64,000 nt of DNA from an uncultured Pseudomonadota bacterium (GCA_963749075.1 CAVVLJ010000002.1:1-64000), one strand, 5' to 3'; shown: positions 21,072-30,549, counted from the first letter of the stretch. Made by a program: numbers and translations. The notes: generated by a model from the sequence alone, not told the origin.

Positions 21072-21692
21072 TCAAGCGAGGAGCGAGAGCCAGGCCGAGA
21101 CGCCGAAGGCGATGAGCACGAGACCCGAGCCGCGGTTGATCCAGCGCACCGCACCCGGCGTCACCCGCGCGCGGGCGAGGCTCACGGCGGACGAGAGCGC
21201 CAGCCACCAGAGCGCCGATCCCGTGAACACCGCCGCCACGAAGCTCGCCGCCTTGGCGTAGCTCCCCGCCGTCTCGGCAAGGCCGACGCTCGCAAAGACC
21301 GCGGCGAAGGAGATGATGGTCGAGGGGTTGGTCAAGGTGAGGAGGACGGTCGTGCCGTAGTCGGCGAGGAGGCTGCGCCCCTCCTTGAGCGAGCGCTCGG
21401 CGGGCGGCCGCTCGCGGAAGCTCGTGGCACCGAGCCAGAGGAGCACCAGCCCGCCCACGAGCCGGAGCGGCGTCTGCTGGGCCATGATGAAGCCCGAGAC
21501 ACTGGCGAGCCCGAAGCCCGCGACGGCGCCGTAGAAGCCGTCCGCGGTCGCGGCACCGAGGCCCGTCGCCAGCCCCGCGGCCATCCCGTGGCCGAGGCTG
21601 CGCTTGATGCAGAGGACGCCGATCGGCCCCACCGGGGCCGCGATGGAAAGGCCGACGAGCAGGCCCTTCACGAGAAGGAAGATAGGAGACAT
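21072..21692 (-). CDS. LysE-family translocator
   Basis: IAAPVGPIGVLCI.R.L, GLGAATAD.FY, LTLTNP. Confidence 0.9.
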   Translation of the reverse strand: MSPIFLLVKGLLVGLSIAAPVGPIGVLCIKRSLGHGMAAGLATGLGAATADGFYGAVAGFGLASVSGFIMAQQTPLRLVGGLVLLWLGATSFRERPPAERSLKEGRSLLADYGTTVLLTLTNPSTIISFAAVFASVGLAETAGSYAKAASFVAAVFTGSALWWLALSSAVSLARARVTPGAVRWINRGSGLVLIAFGVSAWLSLLA

Positions 21693-21960
21693 GGCACACC
21701 GGCAACTGAAAGCAGGATGCTAGGAGGAAGGTGCGGTCGGGACGCCAGAACGCCCGCCCGCGGCACCGCAGCTGCGCTAGCGGCAGCGCTTTCGTTGTCG
21801 AGATTGGCCGGCCAGGCGCGCGCACCCCGCCGCCCGCGAGGGGTGCAAGGCCGGGATGGAATCTGTTGCCAGTTCGCGCATGGCTGACCTTTCCGCGCGG
21901 CATGATAACGGCAGGCGCCTGGCTGGGCAAGGATTCGAAAGAAATTCCCTCTCGTCCTTT

Positions 21961-22128
21961 CCCCTCTCCTCCTTAAGGAGGAGAGGGTCAGGGTGAGGAG
22001 GTGGCTTTGCAGGGCACATTGTCGCCTGCGGATTCACGCAATCGCCCGACCTCCTCACCTCTCCATCGCTACGCGATGGGATCGAACCGCTTTGCGGTTC
22101 GATCCTCTCCTCCTTCAGGAGGAGAGGC
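21961..22128. repeat. REP-like paired palindrome, family C (CCTCTCCTCCTTNAGGAGGAGAGG) with nested hairpins
   Basis: Two CCTCTCCTCCT..AGGAGGAGAGG units plus GGTGAGGAGG/CCTCCTCACC arms. Confidence 0.75.
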
Positions 22129-22134
22129 CAAAGC

Positions 22135-23811
22135 TTACGCGTTCTCGCGCAAAAGGCTCCTGCCGCAGATATAGCCCCAGGTGAGGCAGGGGCCGATGGT
22201 GGTGCCGGCGCCGACCGCCTTGGAGCCGATGGGGTTGGCCATGGCGACGCCGGCGCAATAGAGCCCGCCGATCACGCTGCCGTCCGGGCGCAGCACCTGG
22301 CCGTGCTGGTTGGTGCGCGGGCCGCCCTTGGTCACGAGGATGGCACGGTGGAAAGGGGCGGCATAGAAGGGCGGCTCCGCGATGGTGCCGAGGGCACCAT
22401 TGCCGCCGGGCTTCCCTCCGTCGCCCGTGTAGAACTTCTCCCACGCCGTCTCGCCGCGGTGGAAGTCGGGGTCGAGGCCTGCGCGCGCGAAGCCGTTGAA
22501 GCGCGCCACGGTCGCCTCGAGTGTCGCGGCATCGAGCCCGATCATGCCGGCGAGGCTTGCTAAGCTGCCGGCCTCGCGGAACCAGCCGGGCTCGCGGCGG
22601 CCGACGCGCATGGAATACCAGCTGCTCCTCGCATATTGCCGGTCGAAGATGCGCCAGGCCGGGAGATGGAGCGGGAGGCCGGTCGCAGGGTCGCGCGCGT
22701 CGAGCGCCACGCCGAGGTTGGGATCGCCCTCATTCAGGAAGCGCACGCCGTGGCGGTTCACCAGGATGCAGTGCGGCCGGTAGAGCTCGTTGAGCGGCAG
22801 CGCCATGCGCCGGCCTTCGTATTGGGTGACCGAGGCCGAATAGATGTTCGCCTGGTCCATATGCTCGAGCCTGGCACCCACCGCCTCGGCCATGCGGTGC
22901 CCGTCGCCGGTATTGGTGGCGGGCGCTCCGGTGAGTCCGGCCTCGCCGGGGAAGTGCCGGGCGCGGCGCTCGCTGTCCCACTCGAAGCCGCCCGTCGCCA
23001 GCACGACGCCTTTGAGCGCGCGGATGGCGAGGCTGCCCGCGGGGCCGCTCACGTCGACGCCGATGACGCGGCCGCCGTTGGCCGCACTGCCGTCCGTCAC
23101 CAGCCGCTCGGCCGCCGCCGGTGCCAGGATCTCGCAGCCGTGGTCGAGGCAGCCCTTGACGAGCCCCGTCACGAGCGCGTTCCCCATGCCGACGCGGCGC
23201 GTGAGCCAGCGGTAGAGCAGCGTCGGCGCCATCCGGAGGATTGTCCTGACCGGCCGCTTCAGAACCGGTCCCACGATGAGCTCGCGGTAGGTGAAGATGT
23301 GCGGCTTGGTTGGCCTGCGGATGCGGTGGCACCACGGGCCGAGGACATTGCGGCTGATGGGGAGCGGCGACACCATGCGCCCGCTGAGCTTGCCGCCTGG
23401 CAGCTCGACATAGAGGTCGGGATGGTGCACGAGCTCGAAGCGGAGCGGCGTCTCCGCCTCGAGGAAGGCGAGCATCTCGGGCGCCTTGTCGACGAAGGCC
23501 TGCCAGAGGGCATCCTCGCTTTCCTGCCAGCCCGGCGGTGCGGCGGCGCGCAGGTAGGCGAGCGCCTCTTCCTTCGAATCGGCCATCCCGGCCGCCAGCA
23601 TGTGGTGGTTGGCGGGCACCCAGGTGCCCGCACCCGACACGGCGGTGGTGCCGCCGAGCGCCGCCGCCTTCTCGAGCACGATGACGCTGAGGCCGCCCGC
23701 CGCCGCGGCAAGTGCCGCCGCGAGCGCTGCAGCACCCGAGCCCACCACCACCGCGTCGACCTCGCGGTCCCAGCGCCGCCCCGCCACGGCGTTCGGCGCC
23801 TCAGCGCGCAT
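22135..23811 (-). CDS. FAD-dependent oxidoreductase (3-ketosteroid delta1-dehydrogenase/flavocytochrome-like)
   Basis: VVGSGAA, GGTTAVSG, VVLATGGF, NTGDG, TKGG, GLYCAG, GAG.TIG. Confidence 0.85.
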   Translation of the reverse strand: MRAEAPNAVAGRRWDREVDAVVVGSGAAALAAALAAAAGGLSVIVLEKAAALGGTTAVSGAGTWVPANHHMLAAGMADSKEEALAYLRAAAPPGWQESEDALWQAFVDKAPEMLAFLEAETPLRFELVHHPDLYVELPGGKLSGRMVSPLPISRNVLGPWCHRIRRPTKPHIFTYRELIVGPVLKRPVRTILRMAPTLLYRWLTRRVGMGNALVTGLVKGCLDHGCEILAPAAAERLVTDGSAANGGRVIGVDVSGPAGSLAIRALKGVVLATGGFEWDSERRARHFPGEAGLTGAPATNTGDGHRMAEAVGARLEHMDQANIYSASVTQYEGRRMALPLNELYRPHCILVNRHGVRFLNEGDPNLGVALDARDPATGLPLHLPAWRIFDRQYARSSWYSMRVGRREPGWFREAGSLASLAGMIGLDAATLEATVARFNGFARAGLDPDFHRGETAWEKFYTGDGGKPGGNGALGTIAEPPFYAAPFHRAILVTKGGPRTNQHGQVLRPDGSVIGGLYCAGVAMANPIGSKAVGAGTTIGPCLTWGYICGRSLLRENA

Positions 23812-24724
23812 GGAGCTTGAGCCAGAGCGCGTAGGCGGCGACGCCGTCGCGCAGCGACACGTTGGGCACATAGCCGAGCTCGCGTTGCGCCGCCCGGATG
23901 TCGAGCGGCCCGATCGGCGCCTCGAAGGGCTGTGAATCGCTGCCGAACTCGATTGTAGCGCGCGGCACCGCGGCGGCGACGGCGGCCGCCACCTCCTTGA
24001 GCGTCGGGTTAGCCCCGCCGCTCACGTTGTAGGCGAGGCGCGGGAGGTCGGCGCGGTCGAGGGCGAGAACGATCGCCGAGACCACGTCCTCGACGTTGAC
24101 ATATTGCCGGCGCGCGCCGCCGCCGAAGGCGAGCCGCGTCGGCTTGCCTGCGAGCGCGTTCTCGACCATCAGCCGCACCAGGCACTCCGTCGTCCGCCGC
24201 GGGCCGTAGACGGCGGAGACGCGCAGCGCCACCCCGTCGAGGCCGTGACACTCCTTATAGGCGCGCAGCATCGCCTCGCCGCACACCTTGCTCGCGCCAT
24301 AGGGCTCGGCGGCGAGGAGGCGTGCGTTCTCCTTGACCGGCTTGTCGCTCGGCTGGGGGCCGTAGGCGGCGATGCTCGACATGAAGACGACGCGGCGCAC
24401 GCCCGCAAGGCGCGCCGCCTCGAGCACGTGGAGCGTGCCGTGCACGTTGGTCGCGAGGAGCTGATAGGGATTGTCGCGCAGCAGCATCGGGCCGGAGAAG
24501 GCGCCGCAGTGGACGATGCGGTCGACGGCGTGCTGGCGGATGGCGGCGTGGAGGCGATGGGGGTCGGAGAGCTCGCCGAACACGACCGGGCAGTCGAACT
24601 CGCCCGCCGGCGGGGCGACGTGGTCCATGCCGACGGCGCGGCGGCCGGCGCGCTGAAGCCGCACGGCGAGCGCATGGCCGATCATGCCAGTGACGCCGGT
24701 GATCAGAATGGCGCCTTCGGACAC
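23801..24724 (-). CDS. NAD-dependent epimerase/dehydratase
   Basis: ITGVTGMIG, SSIAAYG, YGASK, VYGP. Confidence 0.88.
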   Translation of the reverse strand: MSEGAILITGVTGMIGHALAVRLQRAGRRAVGMDHVAPPAGEFDCPVVFGELSDPHRLHAAIRQHAVDRIVHCGAFSGPMLLRDNPYQLLATNVHGTLHVLEAARLAGVRRVVFMSSIAAYGPQPSDKPVKENARLLAAEPYGASKVCGEAMLRAYKECHGLDGVALRVSAVYGPRRTTECLVRLMVENALAGKPTRLAFGGGARRQYVNVEDVVSAIVLALDRADLPRLAYNVSGGANPTLKEVAAAVAAAVPRATIEFGSDSQPFEAPIGPLDIRAAQRELGYVPNVSLRDGVAAYALWLKLHAR

Positions 24725-24819
24725 AAGTGTGGCTCCTCGAGGGGCAAAGGGACGGCCGCCCGCGCATTATTCCGGGATTCGGGCGCAAAGGCCAGCCGCC
24801 ATAGAGGGCGGCGGCGGCG

Positions 24820-25530
24820 TCACGCGCCGAGGAGCTCGCGCGCTCCGGCGGCGAGGAGGTCATTGATCCAGGCGAACTTCATGAAGTCCTCCCGCACGCG
24901 CTTGCCGGCGGCGCGGATGCGCGTCCCCGCTTCGGCCACGGCAGCCTTGACGGCGGCTTGATCGGGGTCGCCGGGATGGCCCAGCGACTGGGCCAGATCC
25001 AGCATGCCGAAGCTCAGATAATCGACGCCCGGCAAGGCGGCGAGCTCGCCCGCGAGATCGAGGCCCGCCCGGCTCTCGAGCATGAGGCAGACGGAGAGTG
25101 CTGCGTTGCACGCCGCCATATAGGCCGGCCGGCTGGCGATGCGTTGGCCGTATTCCGGGCGCCCGGCGCCGAAAGAGCGGCTGCCGAGCGGCCGGAAATA
25201 GGCGGCGTCGAGCACCCTCCTCGCGCCCTCGAGGGACTCGATGTGCGGCGCCACGATGCCCCGGATGCCGCGGTCGAGAAAGCGCGTGATGGTGGCGCTC
25301 GAGATGTCGGGCACGCGCGCGATCGGCGTGAGGTCGTGGCGCTCCGCCGTGATGCAGGCCGCCTCGATGTCGCGCCAGTCGAAAGAGCCGTGCTCGCCGT
25401 CGAGATAGATGAACTGCAGATTGGCGGCCGCCAGCACCTCGATGGCCGCCGGGGCCGCGAAGGTGAGATGAATGCCGCGGATGATCCGACCCGAGGCCGC
25501 CGCTTCCTTGACGAAGTTCGTCGCTTGCAT
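24820..25530 (-). CDS. HpcH/HpaI aldolase family protein
   Basis: DGEHG, ARVP, LD.G..GIVAPHI, PLG.R, M.ES, G..DL..SLG. Confidence 0.87.
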   Translation of the reverse strand: MQATNFVKEAAASGRIIRGIHLTFAAPAAIEVLAAANLQFIYLDGEHGSFDWRDIEAACITAERHDLTPIARVPDISSATITRFLDRGIRGIVAPHIESLEGARRVLDAAYFRPLGSRSFGAGRPEYGQRIASRPAYMAACNAALSVCLMLESRAGLDLAGELAALPGVDYLSFGMLDLAQSLGHPGDPDQAAVKAAVAEAGTRIRAAGKRVREDFMKFAWINDLLAAGARELLGA

Positions 25531-25603
25531 CGTCTCGATCCCTCGCAATGCCGACCCTTGCGGCGGCGCTGCCGCAATTTCACCCGACGCTTGCCCGGCT
25601 GCC

Positions 25604-26662
25604 TCAGGCCGGCGTGGCCCGCGCCATCTCGACGAGCTTCGGCAGGAAGAGGTCCGGGAACTTGCCGATGACGGGGGCGCAGGCGGCGCGGAAGGACTCG
25701 ACGTCCGGCTTCAGATTGACCTCCATGCCGTGGTCCTTGAGGAAGCCGTAAGCTTCCGCCTCGTCCTTCTGCGTGTAGCCGCGCAGGTAATCGTTGGCCT
25801 CGCTGCAGGACGCCGTAAACGCCGTCTTCTCGTCGGCGGACAGTCCGTCGAAGAACTTCGGGTTCGTCACGGTATAGGCCGTGGTGAGGATATGGTCCGT
25901 CTTGGAGGCGTACTTCTGCACCTCGTAGTATTTGTTGGACTTGACGACCGAGGGCGGCGTGTCCTGCCCGTCGGCGACGCCCTGGCGCAGCGCAAGATAG
26001 AGCTCGCTCAAATCGACGGCGACGACGGAGGCGCCCGTCGCCTCCATCATGGCAATGTAGGCCTTGGAGTTGGGCACGCGCATCTTGAGGCTCTGCATGT
26101 CCTTGACCTCATTGATCGGATGCTTGTTGTTGGTCATGCAGCGGAAGCCGAGATCGGTCCAGCCCGTCAAGCGAAAGCCCTTGGCAAGCGCGCGCCGGCG
26201 CAGATCGTCGCCGAAGGCGCCGGCGACGGCGCGGTAGCACTGCTGCCGGCTCTTCCACAGGAAGGGCGCGTCGGTGATCGACATCTCGGGCACCCAGTTC
26301 ATCAGCCCGACGCCGATGCCGCCCATCTCGAGCGAGCCTAAGCGCACGGCCTCGGCGGTGTTGCGCTCGTCGCCCATCTGCGCGTTGGGGAAGATCTGGA
26401 CCTGGAGGGCGCCGGCGGTCTTGGCCTCGATCGCCTTCTTGAACTGCTCGCCCCAGATCTGCCAGCCGTGCGCGATCGGCGCCGGGTGCGCGTAGCGGAT
26501 GCGCTTTGCGGCAGCCGCCGGCCGCGCCGCAAAGAGGACCGGCGACAGCGAGGCGGCAACGGCCGCCGCGCCGGCAAGGCGAAGGACTTTCCGCCGCGTG
26601 GCGGGCCGCGCTTTGGCGGCAGCGGAACGATCGAGCTGCTTGTCGCGTCGCGATGAGTGCAT
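25604..26662 (-). CDS. dctP: TRAP transporter substrate-binding protein DctP (Tat-like signal)
   Basis: TRRKVL signal, IFPNAQMG.E, GFR, LKMRVP, ELY.AL.QG..DGQ. Confidence 0.88.
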   Translation of the reverse strand: MHSSRRDKQLDRSAAAKARPATRRKVLRLAGAAAVAASLSPVLFAARPAAAAKRIRYAHPAPIAHGWQIWGEQFKKAIEAKTAGALQVQIFPNAQMGDERNTAEAVRLGSLEMGGIGVGLMNWVPEMSITDAPFLWKSRQQCYRAVAGAFGDDLRRRALAKGFRLTGWTDLGFRCMTNNKHPINEVKDMQSLKMRVPNSKAYIAMMEATGASVVAVDLSELYLALRQGVADGQDTPPSVVKSNKYYEVQKYASKTDHILTTAYTVTNPKFFDGLSADEKTAFTASCSEANDYLRGYTQKDEAEAYGFLKDHGMEVNLKPDVESFRAACAPVIGKFPDLFLPKLVEMARATPA

Positions 26663-26695
26663 GGCGATTTCCTCCATTCTCCCGACGTTTATCCG

Positions 26696-28588
26696 TTATC
26701 CCTTGACGCCCAGCGAAGCGGGCAAGACGGCCGTGATCCACGGCACGGCGGCTACCAGCATGAGACCCGCAACAATCACCAGTAGGTACAGGACCAGGGG
26801 CTTGCTCGCGCGCTCCACCTTGGCGCCGCAGATCGCGCACGCCACGTAGAGCGCTATGCCGATGGGCGGCAGCACGATGCCGATGCCGAACGCCTCCGTC
26901 ATGACGATGCCGTATTGCAGCGGCTGGACGCCGAGCTGCTGCGCCACCGGCAAGAGGAGCGGCGCCAGCATGATGATGGTGACGAAGCTCTCGAGGAGAG
27001 CCCCCATGCAGGCGGTGATGACGATCACCGCCGGGAGGAAGGCGGCGGCACCGAGGCTCGCCACCGTATCGGCGAGTGCCGTCGTGACGCCCTCGAGGGT
27101 GAGCGCCCAGGAAAAGATCATCGCGGCGCTCACGGTGAAGAAGATCATGCCGTTGAGCAGCGACGCCCTGGTCAGGACCGACCAGAAGTTCCTGAGGCTC
27201 AGCTTGCCGTAGAGGAGGCCGAGGGCAAAGCCGTAGAGGACCGCGAAGGTGGAGACTTCGGTCGGCGTCCCGATCCCCCCTGCGATGCCGCCGATCAGGA
27301 TGACCGGCATCATCATCGGCAATACGGCCTGGCGCGCCGAGCGGAAAATCTCCGCGCGCGACGCCCTGGCCGCGGGCTGCCAGCCCGCGCAGGAGGCGCG
27401 GACGCGCACCAGCACCATGAGGCACGCCGCGATGGTCGCCGCCGGCAAGAGGCCGGCGATGAAGAGCGCTCCCGTCGAGATCGCGGTCGCCGAGCCCATC
27501 AGGATGAGCGCTATGCTCGGCGGCACGCTCTCCGCCATGGCGGCGGAGGCGGCGAGGAGTGCCGCGCGCTCATGGGGCTCGTAGCCGTAGGCGTCGAGCT
27601 TGCGGTTCATCGGCAGGCCGATCGTGGCCATGTCGGCGGCCTTGGAGCCGGAGATGCAGGAGGCGATGTACATGCCGATGACCATCACCTGCAGCAGGCC
27701 GCCGCGGACGTGGCCGATGAGCGAGCCCACGAATTCCACGATGCGGGAGCCCACGTCGGCGCGGTCCATGATGAAGCCGGCGAGGACGAAGAACGGCAGG
27801 GCCAGGAAGATGAAGCCGCCCGAGCCGCGCTGCGCGTTCATGACGACCGCGACCATGTCCGTCGATCCGGTGCCCTCGACGCAGCCGATGCCGACGATGG
27901 CGAGCACGAAGCCGATGGGAAGGCCTATGGCGATGAGCGCCAGGAACATCGCGACGAGAGAGGCGTAGAGCAGTCCCGAGTGCGCCGCGAAGGCGGGCTC
28001 GGCGGCGACGAAGGCGAGCACGGCCGCGGCCACGGCTGCGCCCGCGGCGGCCACGAGCGCCCGCGGCTGGTCGAGGAGCGCCACTCCGGCATGAAGGACG
28101 AAGAGCGCCGAGCCGATCGTGATGGGCAGCGTCGACCACACGGAGCTGATGCCGAGGAGGACCGACGTCTCCTCGGCGTTGGCGATCATCAGCGGCACGG
28201 AATAGACGCCGAGCAGCACGGAGACGAGCAGCACGAGCCATTCCACCGCGGGCTTGCAGAAGGCCTTCCAGGCGGGCGGTGCGCGGTCGACCAGCACGGT
28301 GATGGCAATGAATTGCCCGCGGCTGTAGGCGATGGCGCCGCCCGCGAAGGCGATGGTGACGAGAAAGGGCGGCGAGGTCTCGTCGATGCCGAGGAGAGCC
28401 GACGAGTTGAAGAGCGCCCGCGCCATCGTACCGGCGAAGATCAGGATGACCTCGAGGACGAGGCTCACGTTGAGCACCGCGATGACGACAGCGTCGATCG
28501 CTCTCAGCCAGCGCGGCAGCCGCTGCAACTCGACCGGCGCGGCGGCAGCGAGGGGTCCTGACGCGGCCTCGGCTGCGTCCAAGTACAT
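26696..28588 (-). CDS. TRAP transporter fused small/large permease (DctQM)
   Basis: LALPFFVLAG.IM, GHVRGGL, ISGSKAAD, PPSI, GTPTE, PPIG..LYVAC. Confidence 0.88.
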   Translation of the reverse strand: MYLDAAEAASGPLAAAAPVELQRLPRWLRAIDAVVIAVLNVSLVLEVILIFAGTMARALFNSSALLGIDETSPPFLVTIAFAGGAIAYSRGQFIAITVLVDRAPPAWKAFCKPAVEWLVLLVSVLLGVYSVPLMIANAEETSVLLGISSVWSTLPITIGSALFVLHAGVALLDQPRALVAAAGAAVAAAVLAFVAAEPAFAAHSGLLYASLVAMFLALIAIGLPIGFVLAIVGIGCVEGTGSTDMVAVVMNAQRGSGGFIFLALPFFVLAGFIMDRADVGSRIVEFVGSLIGHVRGGLLQVMVIGMYIASCISGSKAADMATIGLPMNRKLDAYGYEPHERAALLAASAAMAESVPPSIALILMGSATAISTGALFIAGLLPAATIAACLMVLVRVRASCAGWQPAARASRAEIFRSARQAVLPMMMPVILIGGIAGGIGTPTEVSTFAVLYGFALGLLYGKLSLRNFWSVLTRASLLNGMIFFTVSAAMIFSWALTLEGVTTALADTVASLGAAAFLPAVIVITACMGALLESFVTIIMLAPLLLPVAQQLGVQPLQYGIVMTEAFGIGIVLPPIGIALYVACAICGAKVERASKPLVLYLLVIVAGLMLVAAVPWITAVLPASLGVKG

Positions 28589-28825
28589 CGGGCGCTTCCC
28601 TTCAGAGACGTCTATGTGCTCAAGGCAGCGTCAGCGCGCCCGGCGCGAGAGCGCCGCAGCGTCATCGCCTCCCTACGCAAAACCTTCGGAGCCGGTCGAC
28701 CTCAAGGCTTCGGCCGCGTGGACCGCGACGGCTCGTTCTTCTGTCCTTTGCTGCCGGCGAACGGCAGACGGCGAATTCTAGCGCCAGACAATGCTTAGAA
28801 ATAATTCATTTTTCTTGGGCATTAC

Positions 28826-28842
28826 GATAGGGACAGCCTATC
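28826..28842. promoter_or_regulatory. LysR-type T-N11-A box (GATAGG-N5-CCTATC)
   Basis: Perfect 6-5-6 inverted repeat next to an AT-rich tract upstream of the TRAP operon. Confidence 0.45.
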
Positions 28843-28880
28843 AAGATCCACCATACCGGCGAGCGAAGCAAAGTTTGTCG

Positions 28881-28908
28881 TTGACATGCAACCAAATGGT
28901 TGCATATT
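28881..28908 (+). promoter_or_regulatory. Promoter with ArsR operator ATGCAACCAAATGGTTGCAT
   Basis: TTGACA at 28881 overlapping a 9-2-9 palindrome (28886-28905), just upstream of the arsR ATG. Confidence 0.7.
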
Positions 28909-28914
28909 GGCGGC

Positions 28915-29238
28915 ATGAGCATGGACGCCGTGTTCCGGGCCTTGGCGGACGGCAGCCGCCGTCAGTTGCTGGACCGGCTGCACGAGGAGAATGGACAGAC
29001 CTTGGGCGAGCTGTGTCGGGGATTGGCGATGTCGCGCCAGGCGGTGGCCAAGCATCTCGCCATCCTGGAGACGGCGAACCTCGTGGCCGCGAAGCGCCAA
29101 GGCCGCGAGAAGCTCCACTACATCAACCCCGTGCCGATCAACGACATCGCCGAGCGGTGGATCGGCAAGTTCGAGCACGGCCGGCTGCGCGCCCTCTCGG
29201 ATCTCAAGAGAAACCTGGAAGGAACGAGCGATGAGTAA
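28915..29238 (+). CDS. ArsR/SmtB-family transcriptional regulator
   Basis: VFRALAD.SRR.LLD.L, MSRQAVAKHL.ILE.ANLV, GREKLHY.NPVPI. Confidence 0.9.
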   Translation: MSMDAVFRALADGSRRQLLDRLHEENGQTLGELCRGLAMSRQAVAKHLAILETANLVAAKRQGREKLHYINPVPINDIAERWIGKFEHGRLRALSDLKRNLEGTSDE

Positions 29239-29689
29239 AGCGAGCTTCGTCTATGTGAGCTACATCCGCACGACGCCCGAGAAGCTTTGGGAGGCCCTCG
29301 TCAACCCGGAGTTCAACCGGCAATACTGGTTCGGCGCCCACCAGGAGTCGGAATGGACGAAGGGTGCCGAGTGGAAGCTCGTCTTCGCCGACGGCCGCGT
29401 GGCGGACGCGGGCGAGGTGGTCGAGGTCGACCCGCCCAGGCGCCTCGTCCTCAAATGGCGGAACGAGTTCAGGCCGGAGGTCAAGGCCGACGGCTTCACC
29501 TCCTGCACCTTCGAGATCGAGCGCGACGGCGAGCTCGTCAAGCTCACCGTCACGCACGAGGCGGCAACCGCCGCGCACAAGCTGATCGACGCGGTCTCCA
29601 AGGGCTGGCCGCTCGTGCTCTCGAGCCTCAAGAGCCTGCTCGAGACCGGCGAGGCGCTGCCGCGGACGGATCAATTGCCGCGGAGCTGA
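29231..29689 (+). CDS. SRPBCC/AHSA1-domain protein
   Basis: FVYV.YIRTTPEKLWEAL, GEV.E.DPPRRL, GWP.VLSSLKSLLETG. Confidence 0.88.
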   Translation: MSKASFVYVSYIRTTPEKLWEALVNPEFNRQYWFGAHQESEWTKGAEWKLVFADGRVADAGEVVEVDPPRRLVLKWRNEFRPEVKADGFTSCTFEIERDGELVKLTVTHEAATAAHKLIDAVSKGWPLVLSSLKSLLETGEALPRTDQLPRS

Positions 29690-29824
29690 CGCGGCGGGGG
29701 GAAGGCGTCTTCGTCGAATGAGGGGAGGCGTTGGCGGCGTCGGGTTGCCTCGCACCGAAATCGGACGTAGCGTACCAGTCTGCCGCAGTGCCGTGAGAAC
29801 GCCCGAGCGGAGCCGGCGTCCAGC

Positions 29825-30034
29825 ATGGCGAAAGTCATTTGGGACAAGAGCGCTAACCCGGACGATTACGTCAGCGATTCGCTCGGGATCGAGCGGTGGC
29901 AGCTTCGCGAGGCGATACACACGATCAAGGCCGCCAACGACCTCGGGCCGCAGGACCGGGTCATCATCTACGACGACTGAACGGTGACGGACATGGCAGG
30001 CGACGAGATCGGAAACATTTACGATGAAATCTGA
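29825..30034 (+). pseudogene. Small ORF (70 codons) interrupted by an in-frame TGA at 29978; putative toxin-like domain
   Basis: MAKVIWDKSANPDDYVSDSLGIERWQLREAIHTIKAANDLGPQDRVIIYDD*TVTDMAGDEIGNIYDEI*; overlaps the next ATG by 11 nt. Confidence 0.55.
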
Positions 30035-30548
30035 AGCTCCGAGCGGCATCAAGACTTTCGCGACCTTTCGCGTCGCCGGAGACGACCTGGTCCCGAGCGA
30101 GGTGACCGAGATATTGAAGGTCGCTCCGACGCGTGCTTACGGCAAAGGCGAGACTTATGTCGGAAAAAACACCAAACGAGCGGTCAAGTACAAAACGGGG
30201 ATTTGGCTGCTGTCGACAGACAAGATTATCGAGAGCCCCTCACTCCTCGATCACCTGAGATTTTTGCTTCAAATTCTTGTTCCGCTGCGCTTGATCCCGG
30301 GGCTTTCGCCCTTGACAAGCAAGCTCCGCGTGGCGTTGGCGGAGCAGAACACCCAACCGATCGATCAGCTCCGCCGACTATTGCGCGAGAGATCGCTCCA
30401 CGCGGTCGTGACGTGCTTCTGGCATGGCTCAGCCGGCGCAACGCCGCCGAAAATTCCCAAGGACGTCCTCTATACCCTGCGCAGGCTTCCCGCCGATCTC
30501 GAGCGCGACTTCGATACGGACCGCCCGAGAGAGACGAAAGTGGCGTAG
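30024..30548 (+). CDS. DUF4279-like protein
   Basis: ATFRVAGDDL.P.EVT..L.V.PT.A..KG, G.WLLS, L.DHL..LL..L; lower GC than flanks. Confidence 0.7.
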   Translation: MKSEAPSGIKTFATFRVAGDDLVPSEVTEILKVAPTRAYGKGETYVGKNTKRAVKYKTGIWLLSTDKIIESPSLLDHLRFLLQILVPLRLIPGLSPLTSKLRVALAEQNTQPIDQLRRLLRERSLHAVVTCFWHGSAGATPPKIPKDVLYTLRRLPADLERDFDTDRPRETKVA

Positions 30549-30549
30549 C

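Noticed and set aside
11420-22128. Recurring palindromes as a CRISPR array
   Set aside because: Dispersed intergenic copies with no regular repeat-spacer periodicity and no cas genes
28590-28800. Long 5' leader of the TRAP operon as a riboswitch
   Set aside because: No conserved aptamer motif recognisable by eye; an Rfam/Infernal scan would be needed
29978-29980. In-frame TGA as selenocysteine
   Set aside because: No redox motif context and no convincing SECIS hairpin immediately downstream; a Gly-to-stop change is simpler
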